46,029 bases of DNA from Candidatus Nanopelagicales bacterium (GCA_044336815.1 JBIIOU010000003.1:1-46029), one strand, 5' to 3'; positions 1 through 9,865 are shown, counted from the stretch's first letter. Notes: generated from the sequence alone by a model not told the origin. Made by a program: numbers and translations.

Positions 1-753
1 AGATTCATAAACTCCAAAATGCGCGAAGTTGATGGTGGATCCGCAACAATCTCATTGGGCGAGACCGCTGAACGAGTCGCTGCGATTGATGGCATTACTC
101 GTTCAGAAAGTGACGAGTACGCAATGAGGTCACACCTGTTAGCCGCAAAAGCAGTTGAGGCCGGCCTGCTCGCAGCCGACATAATGCCCGTTGAGTCCGC
201 AAACGGACCGGTATCGGTCGACGAAGGTCCCAGGCCTGAAACCACCCTCGAAAGGTTGGCCCGCCTGAAGCCAGTGTTTTCGGAAAACGGAATAGTTACT
301 GCTGCTTCGTCATCACCACTTTCAGATGGTGCGGCAGCGGTCGTGGTGGCTTCGGGCCAAGCGGTACGCGAGCTGGGCCTTAAGCCCCGAGCGAGGATTG
401 TTGGCACCGCTAGCGCTGGAGTTCAACCATCACTAATGGGCCTTGGCCCGGTGCCGGCGACCCAAAAATTACTTGACAGGCACGCCATGTCTATCAGTGA
501 TCTCGATGCAGTTGAAATTAACGAAGCTTTTGCGCCGCAAGTTATCGCCTGCGCGCGGAGGCTTAACATCGATGAATCAATTCTCAACGCATGGGGTGGG
601 GCAATCGCGCTTGGTCACCCGCTTGGTGCTTCTGGCGCGCGCTTGGCGTTGACCATGGCAAGGCGCCTTGAAGACGGAGACTTAAACCGTGGGCTCATTA
701 GTTTATGTGTCGGGGTCGGTCAAGGAACATCAATGATTTTGGAGCGGGTGTGA
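1..753 (+). CDS. Acetyl-CoA C-acyltransferase (thiolase), 5'-truncated by the window edge
   Basis: NEAF, GGAIALGHPLGASG and CVGVGQG thiolase motifs. The frame is open to base 1 (RFINSK before the annotated Met), so the gene starts upstream. Confidence 0.95.
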   Translation, partial: RFINSKMREVDGGSATISLGETAERVAAIDGITRSESDEYAMRSHLLAAKAVEAGLLAADIMPVESANGPVSVDEGPRPETTLERLARLKPVFSENGIVTAASSSPLSDGAAAVVVASGQAVRELGLKPRARIVGTASAGVQPSLMGLGPVPATQKLLDRHAMSISDLDAVEINEAFAPQVIACARRLNIDESILNAWGGAIALGHPLGASGARLALTMARRLEDGDLNRGLISLCVGVGQGTSMILERV

Positions 754-1934
754 GCTCGCCAGCAAACAGGCCACTTGAAGGCCTGCGGGTAGTCGAGCTC
801 GGGGCCCTAGTAGCCGCGCCTTTTTGCGGAATGTTGCTTGGGGATCTAGGCGCCGAGGTTATCAAGATAGAACCACCCGAAGGTGATATGGCGCGGGCTT
901 TTGCTCCCTTCGTAGAAGGCGAAAGTGCTTTCTTCATGTCAGTGAATCGTGGTAAACGCAGCGTCGCAATTGATGTCAAGGACCCAGAGGCCCTTTCATG
1001 GGTTCGGAAAATCGCAGCGTCAGCGGATGTAGTGATTCACAACTACCGAAGCGGGGTCGCCGAGCGGCTCGGCTTGGGATATGCGGACCTACAGAGTGAA
1101 AATCCAGGCTTGATCTATTGTGCGGTTTCCGGTTTCGGCCCGACCGGGCCGATGGCTAAGCGTCCGGGTATCGATCTGATATTCCAGGCGGAGTCCGGAA
1201 TGCTGGCAATCACCGGGACGCCCGATGGCCCTCCGGTAAAAGTCGGCACTAATGCCGCTGATGTCTATGCCGCTACCACGGCGGCCGCATGTATAAATGC
1301 GGCACTTGTGCGCCGCGGCATTACCGGGCTCGGTTGTCAGGTCGATGTTTCGCTGCGGGATGCGTTCCTATCGCTACAGGCCTGCTGGTTTGGCAGTTAC
1401 TTAGCAACGGGTATTCAACCAGCGCGGGTGGGTGCTGGCTCGCCCTTTACTGCACCAACCGATGTCTATCCAACCGCTGATGGGTACATCGTGTTGGCGG
1501 TCGTCAATGATAAGCACTGGCGGATTTTCTGTGAGACTCTTGGCTTAACTGACCTTGCCGAGGACTCGCGATTTGTCGATAACGAGTCCCGAGTTACTCA
1601 CGTTGAATTCCTACGGAAAATCGTTTCCGATTCCCTTGCTGCTCGCACCACCGCGGACTGGTTAAGTGCTTTTAAGAGTGCCCAGATCCCGGCCGGGGAA
1701 GTTATGGAATATGCAGACGTAGTTGCCGACGAACAGGTTCAACTAAATCAGATGGTGATTGAGTTTCAGCACGCTGGCGGATTTCCGGTTCGAACTCAGG
1801 GAGTACCGTTTTGGTTCGACGGAGTTAAAGCAGATCTTGTTGTGCCACCGCCGGCCCTGGGCCAACATACGATTGAAATTCTGCGCGAGATGGGCTGTAC
1901 TGAAGACGCAGCTCGGCGGCTGGCGAAACGGTGA
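750..1934 (+). CDS. CaiB/BaiF family III CoA-transferase
   Basis: PLEGLRVVEL, GAEVIKIEPP, NRGKRS and C-terminal PPALGQHT motifs. The GTG at 750 overlaps the thiolase stop (GTGA), with GGAG at 741. Confidence 0.93.
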   Translation: MSSPANRPLEGLRVVELGALVAAPFCGMLLGDLGAEVIKIEPPEGDMARAFAPFVEGESAFFMSVNRGKRSVAIDVKDPEALSWVRKIAASADVVIHNYRSGVAERLGLGYADLQSENPGLIYCAVSGFGPTGPMAKRPGIDLIFQAESGMLAITGTPDGPPVKVGTNAADVYAATTAAACINAALVRRGITGLGCQVDVSLRDAFLSLQACWFGSYLATGIQPARVGAGSPFTAPTDVYPTADGYIVLAVVNDKHWRIFCETLGLTDLAEDSRFVDNESRVTHVEFLRKIVSDSLAARTTADWLSAFKSAQIPAGEVMEYADVVADEQVQLNQMVIEFQHAGGFPVRTQGVPFWFDGVKADLVVPPPALGQHTIEILREMGCTEDAARRLAKR

Positions 1935-1948
1935 CTCAACTAGGAGTG

Positions 1949-2842
1949 CTACCCGACCTCGCGCTTGGTGTCTTCAATCCCGGGCCCCGAATGCAGTTGC
2001 TCGGGAGCACCGAGAACCTTGTTGTTCGATACATCAGTCAAGAACTCCAGCCCGGCGCCGAAGATGGATTCCATCTCGGGGCCAAGCTCGGAGTAGATTT
2101 TCTGGACGTAAATATCATGCCGAATAAAACTTCTGATGAGGCCGACCAACCTTTGATCCGAAGAAGCCAAGCCGCTCCAGTCGCTTCCGCCTACGGCCAA
2201 GGCCCACATAGAGTGCGCCCCGTCGGCAACCACCGCAAGATGGCGGTTCTGATGGTGCGGATACACCGCTTTCGAGGTGGACTTATGGCGGAAGACTTGC
2301 CCCTGGGTCAAAGTCAAATTAGTACGGCCGAATGCCATTGCAATGACTTCGACGCCGCGATCTTCAGCTCGAGCGATTTCCGCGCCAAGGTCTTCAAATT
2401 CGCTACCCCAAGCGGATATGTAAACCTTCGAAGTCGCCTGTGCAATAAGGCTGCGCACGTGATCCAGCAAAGCCGGGCGGCCACTTATGCTGTCCAAGAC
2501 TTCGGGCCAGGTGTGAACCTCTGGGGTCGCAATGATGGCCGCCGCAGCCGCACGCTCAGCGGCTTCAACTCGCTTTGTGTAGTCCAACGCCAGCCCACTA
2601 AGGAGAGCATCGGGGGGAGTCGCCGCAAACCGCTGCGGACTTTCACCCAACATAACTGCCGCACCACGAGCTTCCAGTTTTCGGATAGCTTCGTAAATTT
2701 TAGGTTGCGGCACGCCGGTGACTTTCGAAAGGCCGTACGCTGTTTGCCCGTAGTTACTAAGAAGCCCAACATAAATACGGGATTCGTATTGCGAGAAACC
2801 CAAATTGGCAAGGGCAGAGATCAAATCAGCGCCAGATTCCAC
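1949..2842 (-). CDS. TrmB-family transcriptional regulator
   Basis: N-terminal LGFSQYESRIY...GVPQPKIYE winged-HTH, followed by a PLD-like effector domain (QATSKVYISAW, LAVVADG). Confidence 0.9.
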   Translation of the reverse strand: MESGADLISALANLGFSQYESRIYVGLLSNYGQTAYGLSKVTGVPQPKIYEAIRKLEARGAAVMLGESPQRFAATPPDALLSGLALDYTKRVEAAERAAAAAIIATPEVHTWPEVLDSISGRPALLDHVRSLIAQATSKVYISAWGSEFEDLGAEIARAEDRGVEVIAMAFGRTNLTLTQGQVFRHKSTSKAVYPHHQNRHLAVVADGAHSMWALAVGGSDWSGLASSDQRLVGLIRSFIRHDIYVQKIYSELGPEMESIFGAGLEFLTDVSNNKVLGAPEQLHSGPGIEDTKREVG

Positions 2843-2973
2843 TTACCCACCGTCTTTCCACGTTCGACATATTCACTGGTTTTACAAGATCCGAATACCG
2901 AGTACCGAAGCAATACAACAGCAGCATAACCGCCCTGGCACAAAATTTCACCCATTTTATGGAGGCAAACACA

Positions 2974-3765
2974 ATGGAACGACTACTCGAAGACGTGACC
3001 TACTCCGTAGATCGCGGCCTCGCCTGGATCACGATCAACCGGCCCGACCGGATGAATGCATTTCGCGGACAGACGATCGACGAGCTCATCCACTGTTTCA
3101 AGGTTGCCTGGGGTGACCCAAATGTCGGGGTGGTGGCGTTGACGGGCTCCGGCGAGCGGGCTTTTTGCACCGGCGGGGATCAAAAGCAGCGCAAGGAGAC
3201 GGGTGACTACGGGCCAAACGATTACGGAATTTTCCAAGATGAGTACCTCCAACGGCTTATCCGCGATATCCCCAAGCCCGTGGTGGCAGCGGTAAACGGA
3301 TTCGCCATCGGTGGTGGGCAAGTGCTGCATGTGGTGTGTGACCTATCCATTGCGGCAGACCATGCGCAATTCGGCCAAGCTGGCCCCCGGGTGGGTTCAT
3401 ACGATGCCGGCTTCGGCACTGCCTATCTGGCCCGGATCATTGGTGCCCGAAGGGCCCGTGAGGTCTGGTTCCTCTGCCGGCGCTACAGCGCCCAAACAAT
3501 GCTCGAATGGGGTTTGGTTAACGCGGTGGTGCCCATGAGTGAGCTACATAATGAGGTGCGCAAATGGGCCGATGAAATGCTTGCCCTTAGCCCCACGGCA
3601 TTGAAGGTTATCAAGCACTCCTTTAATGCCGATTCTGAATCGATCGCTGGCATCTCGGCAATGGCCTTTGATGGGCTGGGGATTTTTGTCGGAACAGATG
3701 AGGCCCGCGAAGGTGTAGAGGCATTCAATGCCAAGCGGGCTCCGGACTTCGGAAAGTATCGATGA
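2974..3765 (+). CDS. Crotonase-fold C-C hydrolase of the MenB/BadI (2-ketocyclohexanecarboxyl-CoA hydrolase) group
   Basis: ITINRPDRMNAF, AFCTGGDQ, GFAIGGGQVL, FGQAGPRVGSYDAGFG and REVWFLCRRY motifs. GGAGG at 2961 supports the ATG at 2974. Confidence 0.88.
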   Translation: MERLLEDVTYSVDRGLAWITINRPDRMNAFRGQTIDELIHCFKVAWGDPNVGVVALTGSGERAFCTGGDQKQRKETGDYGPNDYGIFQDEYLQRLIRDIPKPVVAAVNGFAIGGGQVLHVVCDLSIAADHAQFGQAGPRVGSYDAGFGTAYLARIIGARRAREVWFLCRRYSAQTMLEWGLVNAVVPMSELHNEVRKWADEMLALSPTALKVIKHSFNADSESIAGISAMAFDGLGIFVGTDEAREGVEAFNAKRAPDFGKYR

Positions 3766-4607
3766 CACCTGACCTGTCTGTCACGGTGGTGGGCGCCGGA
3801 ACCATGGGTGTTGGGATCGCCTACGTATTTGCCCTCAATGGGGCCGAGGTTGAGATAGTTGAGCCAGACGCTGGGCGGCGTGACTCCGTGGCGGCGCAGG
3901 TAGAGCTGGTAACACAAGGGGGTGTTCGCCGCGGGTCACTTACCCCTGAGGCAGCCGGCCTACTAGCCCAGCGCATCACGACTTTCACTGATTTAGGGCA
4001 GACTAAATTTGCTCCACACCTGCTTATTGAGGCGGTGCCCGAGTCACTCGGCTTGAAACAAGAGGTACTAAGCGCAGCGGAGGGACAAAATCCGCGTTTG
4101 CTGGCAACGAACACCAGCAGCATCTCTATTGACTCAATCGCCGCCGGTTTGACCGACCCGTCAGCGTTAATAGGGATGCACTTCTTCAACCCGGTTTGGG
4201 TTAACCAACTGGTGGAAATCGTTGTCGGCGAGCGAACTAGGCCGGATGCGCCCAAGGAGGCCCTCGACCTGGTGGCTTTCATTCAAAAAGAAGGCATTAC
4301 CGTCCGCGATCGGCCTGGATTTGCCTCGAGCCGGCTAGGGGTGCTTTTGGGATTAGAGGCCATTCGAATGGTTGAAGAGGGGGTTGCCCCTGCAGCGGAT
4401 ATCGATCGGGCCATGGAAGTTGGGTATCGCCACCCCATGGGCCCGCTGAAACTAACCGACCTAGTTGGCCTTGATGTGCGGCTGGCAATTGCCGAAAATC
4501 TGTCAGCAACCCTTGGCCCGCGGTTCGAGCCCCCGGAGCTGCTGCGGTCGATGGTGCACGAAGGCAAACTCGGGAAGAAAACCGGCCAAGGCTTTTATCA
4601 GTGGTAG
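3762..4607 (+). CDS. 3-hydroxyacyl-CoA dehydrogenase
   Basis: VVGAGTMGVGIA Rossmann motif, plus IEAVPE, ATNTSS, GMHFFNP, HPMGP and LGKKTGQGFY. ATGA overlap with the previous gene. Confidence 0.95.
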   Translation: MTPDLSVTVVGAGTMGVGIAYVFALNGAEVEIVEPDAGRRDSVAAQVELVTQGGVRRGSLTPEAAGLLAQRITTFTDLGQTKFAPHLLIEAVPESLGLKQEVLSAAEGQNPRLLATNTSSISIDSIAAGLTDPSALIGMHFFNPVWVNQLVEIVVGERTRPDAPKEALDLVAFIQKEGITVRDRPGFASSRLGVLLGLEAIRMVEEGVAPAADIDRAMEVGYRHPMGPLKLTDLVGLDVRLAIAENLSATLGPRFEPPELLRSMVHEGKLGKKTGQGFYQW

Positions 4608-4614
4608 AAAACCC

Positions 4615-4643
4615 TTGCGCCTGGGTCCGCTCACCCCTATAGT
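4615..4643 (+). promoter_or_regulatory. Sigma70-type promoter for the LLM-LLM-ligase genes
   Basis: TTGCGC (4615-4620), a 17-nt spacer, then TATAGT (4638-4643), about 40 nt before the ATG at 4686. Confidence 0.55.
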
Positions 4644-4685
4644 TCTGAGGAACATACCTACCGTCGTAAGGAATGCGAGTCTCAC

Positions 4686-5732
4686 ATGTCTTCAGTTGAA
4701 GTTGGTGTCGGCATTTGGAGTATGCAGTCGACCAAGGCCGGCCCCCGCCACTTCTCCTATTTATATAAGGAGTTGATGGAGGACGCCACTTTTTGTGACG
4801 AACTGCAGACCATCAAGACCATCTGGCAGACCGAGCACCACTTTTGGTACGACGGGTACTGCCCCTCCTTGCTGACCGTGGCCGGGGGTATTGCAGCAGC
4901 GACAAAGCACATCCAGATTGGCCAATCAACCCTGCTGTTTAGTCAGCATGAGGCATTGCGTGTTGCGCACCAAGCCGCCACCGTCGATCAGCTTTCAGGT
5001 GGTCGCCTCCAACTCGGTTTGGGCCTTGGGTACCGCGACAATGAATTCGATGGTTTCAACATTGATCGGCGTAGCCGCCGCCCGCGTTTTGACGAGGGGA
5101 TCGAAGTACTCCGGCGCTCATGGGCTAAAGGTCCTGTTAACTTCGCCGGCACGCAATTCAATGTCCCGGATGTTGAAGTGACGCCGAAGCCCTTCAATAG
5201 TGATATTCCTATTTGGATTGCTGCTGTGGGTGCTAACCCGATTAAGCGCGCGGCCAAATTAGGCGCCTCAATCATCTTGTCGGATGCTTTGACACTTGAC
5301 CAGATGAGTGAGCACATTGAGCTGTACCACAAGACTGCTGAAGAGTACGGAGTTGATACTTCCAAGGCGAAGATGGGCGTATTACGCCGCGGCTGGGTCG
5401 CCGAGACCGACGACGAGGCCTACCGCGAGGCGCTGCCATCGCTTCGATTCTTACTTCGTGAGCAACTTGGTGGATGGCGCTATCTCGTGGACGAAGAGGG
5501 CGTGCCAGTGGGATTTGATCGTCCCAAGGATCTCGATGCTGCTGCTGGTCGCCTAATTAGTGTGCATGAGCGCACCATCGGTAGGCCGGAGAAGGTAACT
5601 CGCGGACTCCGTGAGATTGCCAAGACTGGCGCAGACCACATCATCTTTGGTACTCGTTTTGATTCGTTGCCTCGTGCAAAGTACCTCCGGTCCCTGGAAC
5701 TTCTCGCGACCGAGGTAATCCCAAACATCTAA
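4686..5732 (+). CDS. Luciferase-like (LLM) flavin/F420-dependent oxidoreductase, alpha-like
   Basis: TEHHF...GYCPS, VDQLSGGRLQLGLGLGYRDNEF and VTPKP...PIWIA LLM motifs. Confidence 0.9.
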   Translation: MSSVEVGVGIWSMQSTKAGPRHFSYLYKELMEDATFCDELQTIKTIWQTEHHFWYDGYCPSLLTVAGGIAAATKHIQIGQSTLLFSQHEALRVAHQAATVDQLSGGRLQLGLGLGYRDNEFDGFNIDRRSRRPRFDEGIEVLRRSWAKGPVNFAGTQFNVPDVEVTPKPFNSDIPIWIAAVGANPIKRAAKLGASIILSDALTLDQMSEHIELYHKTAEEYGVDTSKAKMGVLRRGWVAETDDEAYREALPSLRFLLREQLGGWRYLVDEEGVPVGFDRPKDLDAAAGRLISVHERTIGRPEKVTRGLREIAKTGADHIIFGTRFDSLPRAKYLRSLELLATEVIPNI

Positions 5733-5758
5733 CACACCCGCTAGGCGAAGGAGACAAC

Positions 5759-6829
5759 ATGCGATTTGGATTTGGGCCACTGACTCTTGAGTCCCCCGTG
5801 GGCTGGCGTTGTGTCGGCTGCTCTCGGCCGCCGGATGGATCCTGCTGCGGCAAGAAGCAGGTAGATGTTTTTGAAGAAGGGCTCGAGCAAGCTGTCACGG
5901 CCGAATGGTGGGGTTTCGATTCAGTTTGGGCGGGTGAGGCCAACTTCAGCAAGGTGGGCTTTAACTCTTCCTCGCCAGTCGTGGCGGCCGGCATTGCGCA
6001 ACGAACCGAATTCGTACGAGTTGGAGTAATGCCGATACTCGGCCTGGTTAATGCTATTTATTTGGCCGAAGAAGTGGCGTGTATTGACAATATCGCCGCG
6101 GGCCGGACGATCGTGGCTGCTCAGGTGCCCTCTGCTGAAGTTGCACGCGGATGGGGTGGCTCTGACTCCGCAGAGCGCATCATCGATGACGTAGCAGTGC
6201 TCCGAAAGGCGTGGGGGCCAAATCCTTTTTCGCACAAGAGTGACTTTCACACCATCCCAATGGAAAACGAGATTCACGTCGAGGCGCGCGGTCTTGACAA
6301 AATCTCGATTCAACCAAAGCCAGCACAGTTAGAGATGCCGCTATGGCTTACCGGTGACGCTGCCGCGGCGAGCATTGCGCGTCAAGTTGGCGTGCCATAC
6401 CTCGGTGCGGCTCAACTAACCCTCGATGAGCTGCGGCCGTTGTACGAAGGTGTGGCCACCGACGGGAGCACGATTGTTCCGCTGTCGCGCGAGGTGTTTA
6501 TCGCGCCTACTACGGAGCGCGCGTACGAACTAGCCGCAAATGCCATTGCCGGGCTGTACGAAGCATTCCGGAGAGACGGCACGTATAGCGGGCCGAGTAA
6601 TTTTGATGACATGGTGAAAGATCGGTTTGTCATCGGAGACCCTGACACCTGCATCGAGCAGCTATACCGTTACCAAAATGAACTTGGCGTTAACTACGTT
6701 GTCGCTCGCCTTGCCTATCACGACATGCACCCGGGTGAGACAGCGAAGGCGATTCAACTATTTGGACAAGGTGTAGTTCCTGAATTCCGCATGTTTGGGA
6801 TGCCCGATGAGATCCGCAAGGTGGTATGA
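5759..6829 (+). CDS. Divergent LLM-family protein with an N-terminal Cys-rich insertion (beta-like partner)
   Basis: AEWWGFDSVWAGE, LAEEVACIDNIAAGR, QPKPAQ and IGDPDTCIEQL motifs. EHH is replaced by EAN. GAAGGAG RBS. Confidence 0.85.
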   Translation: MRFGFGPLTLESPVGWRCVGCSRPPDGSCCGKKQVDVFEEGLEQAVTAEWWGFDSVWAGEANFSKVGFNSSSPVVAAGIAQRTEFVRVGVMPILGLVNAIYLAEEVACIDNIAAGRTIVAAQVPSAEVARGWGGSDSAERIIDDVAVLRKAWGPNPFSHKSDFHTIPMENEIHVEARGLDKISIQPKPAQLEMPLWLTGDAAAASIARQVGVPYLGAAQLTLDELRPLYEGVATDGSTIVPLSREVFIAPTTERAYELAANAIAGLYEAFRRDGTYSGPSNFDDMVKDRFVIGDPDTCIEQLYRYQNELGVNYVVARLAYHDMHPGETAKAIQLFGQGVVPEFRMFGMPDEIRKVV

Positions 6830-8157
6830 GCTTGTCTGACGTTTTTGATTCAATTGAGGTTCAGCCCTGGTCAGAAGTTGCCGAACTCCACGAAGCTCTG
6901 CTCCAAGAGCAACTCGATTATGTGGTAGCAAGATCAGATTTCTACAAGGCCAAATTTGCCGGGCTGCGTTCATCAGTGAGCTCACTAGCCGACCTGGCAA
7001 ATTTGCCTTTTACTTCTAAGGACGAAATTCGCGAGAGCCTGTTGGCGCGGCCGCCACTTGGGCTCCATGTGGCCGCCGACCTAGGCGATGTCGTGCAGAT
7101 CCAATCCTCATCCGGCACTACCGGGATGCCAACTTTTGTGGCAGCCACCGCACAAGACATCGATACCTGGAATTCAATGGGTGCCCGGGTCTTTTACGCC
7201 AATGGGTTCCGCCCGAAAGACTGGGTAATGCACGCCTATGCAATGGGCCGCGGATTTGTTGGTGGTTTAGTAAATATCGAGCATCTGCAACATCTGGGAG
7301 TGTGTGTAATTCCGCTGGGGGCCGAGTCGGGTACCGAGCGGTTATTGGGCGCGATTGACCATTTAAAGCCGGTAGCAATGTGTGCGACTCCATCGATGGT
7401 TAGCCACCTCGGCTCAATGGCACCTGAAGTCCTCGGAAAACCGGCTCGCGAACTTTCGATCAGGAAGATCTCGGTGGGAGGCGAGCCAGGTGGAGGCATC
7501 CCTGCGATTCGACAGCAAATGGAAGAACTTTGGGGCGCGGATGTGCGCGACATGATGGGCGGTGCTGACTTTGGCAGTACCTACTGGGCTGAATGCGATG
7601 AAAAAGACGGGATGCATGTCTGCTCCCAAGGTGCTTTGCACGTTGAACTAATTGATCCAGACACTTTGGAGTCGCTACCAATTGCGGAAGGCGTTTCTGG
7701 GGAGCTTGTTTATACGACATTGCGCCGCCAAGCTACCCCTCTTATTAGGTATCGCATGGGTGACATAGTTACCGTGACTTCGATGGATTGCTCATGTGGC
7801 CGAACGGGCTACAAGATCAAAGCCCACGGGCGGGCCGACGACATGCTTATCGTTCGCGGGGTTAATGTCTTTCCTGCGGCCATCAAGGACGTAGTTATGC
7901 AGCTCGTTCCCGACACCACGGGTTACCTAAAGATTGATCTGGATTTCGCTGGGCATAGTACCTACGAACCCCTAAACATGCGCGTTGAGATTTCCAAGAC
8001 GAGCAAGAAATCGGCGCAGGATTTAGCCGTGCTGCTCGAGGGAGCAATTAGAGATAAATTGACGGTTAAAGTGGTGGTAAATATCGTGCCGGAGGGGGCC
8101 ATCGAACGGCCCGGGGCACAAAAAGAAAAGCTGCTAGAACGGGTGTCGAAAGCATGA
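6826..8157 (+). CDS. Phenylacetate-CoA ligase (PaaK)-family aryl/acyl-CoA ligase
   Basis: LPFTSKDEIR, SSSGTTGMP, GELVYTTL, PLIRYRMGD and GRADDMLIVRGVNVFP motifs. Confidence 0.92.
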   Translation: MSLSDVFDSIEVQPWSEVAELHEALLQEQLDYVVARSDFYKAKFAGLRSSVSSLADLANLPFTSKDEIRESLLARPPLGLHVAADLGDVVQIQSSSGTTGMPTFVAATAQDIDTWNSMGARVFYANGFRPKDWVMHAYAMGRGFVGGLVNIEHLQHLGVCVIPLGAESGTERLLGAIDHLKPVAMCATPSMVSHLGSMAPEVLGKPARELSIRKISVGGEPGGGIPAIRQQMEELWGADVRDMMGGADFGSTYWAECDEKDGMHVCSQGALHVELIDPDTLESLPIAEGVSGELVYTTLRRQATPLIRYRMGDIVTVTSMDCSCGRTGYKIKAHGRADDMLIVRGVNVFPAAIKDVVMQLVPDTTGYLKIDLDFAGHSTYEPLNMRVEISKTSKKSAQDLAVLLEGAIRDKLTVKVVVNIVPEGAIERPGAQKEKLLERVSKA

Positions 8158-8338
8158 GTAAAGCGTGTGCAATTTATGCATGGCCTATCCGCCTGAGTTC
8201 CTCTGAGGGCGCGGAATTTTCGGCGTCACATTTTGGTAACTGTTGCTCCGAAATGTTGGCTATTACGCGCGGTATTTCCTATTGTGATGCCATCACTCCC
8301 CAATTGGTCGCGTCATCCAGCAGCGAGAAGAGGATTGC

Positions 8339-9865
8339 GTGAACGTTCTTGAAGTTTCCGGGCTCCACAAATATTACGGTGACTCGGTAGCCCTTGATAA
8401 TGCTGGTATCAGCGTCGGGGCCGGGGTGATTCACGCCATTGTTGGTGAAAACGGTGCGGGTAAATCCACCATGGTGAAAGTTCTTTCCGGCATGGTCACG
8501 CCAGATTCTGGTGAGGTAAAAATTGATGGCAGCGTGCTCGAGCTGGGTGTGCCAAAAGCATCAAGGAGCGCGGGGGTCTTCACCGCGTTCCAAGAGCTAT
8601 CACTGCTACCGAACCTGACGGTTGCCGAAAACTTGCTTATCGCCGAACTCCCAACACGCGCGGGAGTTGTTAGCCGTCGCGCGGTTCAAGGGCAGGCAGC
8701 AAAAATTTTGAAAGAGTGGGGGGTTAATGACCTTGACCCTGGGCTCATGGTCGGTCAACTACCACTGAGTGCCAAGCAGCGACTCGAATTAGTTCGAACA
8801 CTTTCACATAACCCCAAAATCCTTATTTTAGACGAGCCAACCGCAGCGCTACCCGATACTGATTGGCTGTTCCGACATGTCCGCGCGGCCCGCGATAGGG
8901 GCGCGTGTGTTTTGTATATCTCACACAAGCTAGCCGAAATCGGCCAACTGTGTGAAAGCGGCACCATCATGCGAAACGGAAAAATCGTAGGAGATTTTAA
9001 TCCCACAAACTTTAGCCACGATGAAATCATTTCATCAATGATCGGGCGATCGATCAGCATGGCATTCCCACCAAGGGTCAGCGCTATTCCCGCCGATGCC
9101 CCAATACTTCTGAAAGCGATTGATTTCGAGGTTGGCAACCGGGTGCGAGGTGTCGATCTACAAGTCCGCGAGGGTGAAATTGTCGGTGTTGCCGGCCTCG
9201 AAGGCCAAGGGCAGCGCGAACTCTTCTACGGCCTAGCAGGTGCCTCGCCGGTAACAGGTGGCGTTGTTGAGGTAGCGGGAACTGCGACAAAAGTCTCCAA
9301 TCCGCGCAAAGCCCTGAAGGCGGGTCCTGGTATCGCACTTGTCCCTGAAGAGCGAAAGCGTGAGGGGATTTTTGCCGACCTAACCTCGGTCACGAATATC
9401 TCTGTGCCTGCCTTGAAGAAACTATCCTTTGCAGGAATCATTCGTCGCGGCCCTGAGCGCGAAATGGCCTTGGAGGCCGGGCGTGATGCCCATATGCCAG
9501 AGGAGTACTTAGGTCGTGATGTCGGGCGGCTGTCGGGCGGAAATCAGCAAAAGTCAGTGCTGGCGCGCACAAACTTGACCGGCGCCAAGATTTTGCTGAT
9601 GTTTGACCCGACAAGAGGTATCGACCCATCGGCAAAGCTTGAGGTTTACAGCACGCTCCGTACGTCGGCGGCAAATGGCGCGGCAGTTTTGTTTTACTCA
9701 ACAGAGATCCCGGAGTTAGTCGGGCTTTGTGATCGGGTGATCGTTATGTACCACGGGAGAGCCGTTGCCGAGTTCGAAGGTGAACGAATTACTGAAGACG
9801 CAATCATGCAAGCCGCCGTGGGTCACGCCTCTTCGGCAACTGCTGCTCAAGGGGATAAGTCATGA
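8339..9865 (+). CDS. Sugar-type (CUT2) ABC transporter ATP-binding protein
   Basis: GENGAGKST, LILDEPT and a second domain with LSGGNQQK. Tandem ABC domains. Confidence 0.95.
   Translation: MNVLEVSGLHKYYGDSVALDNAGISVGAGVIHAIVGENGAGKSTMVKVLSGMVTPDSGEVKIDGSVLELGVPKASRSAGVFTAFQELSLLPNLTVAENLLIAELPTRAGVVSRRAVQGQAAKILKEWGVNDLDPGLMVGQLPLSAKQRLELVRTLSHNPKILILDEPTAALPDTDWLFRHVRAARDRGACVLYISHKLAEIGQLCESGTIMRNGKIVGDFNPTNFSHDEIISSMIGRSISMAFPPRVSAIPADAPILLKAIDFEVGNRVRGVDLQVREGEIVGVAGLEGQGQRELFYGLAGASPVTGGVVEVAGTATKVSNPRKALKAGPGIALVPEERKREGIFADLTSVTNISVPALKKLSFAGIIRRGPEREMALEAGRDAHMPEEYLGRDVGRLSGGNQQKSVLARTNLTGAKILLMFDPTRGIDPSAKLEVYSTLRTSAANGAAVLFYSTEIPELVGLCDRVIVMYHGRAVAEFEGERITEDAIMQAAVGHASSATAAQGDKS

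Noticed and set aside
1931-2929. 332-aa plus-strand ORF
   Set aside because: Antisense shadow of the TrmB regulator, with no recognisable motifs.
2974-3765. Calling this gene menB (menaquinone synthesis)
   Set aside because: No other men genes nearby and the context is beta-oxidation, so it is left as MenB/BadI family.
4686-6829. Bioluminescence luxAB
   Set aside because: No luxCDE genes. The LLM pair is coupled to a CoA ligase in a catabolic context.
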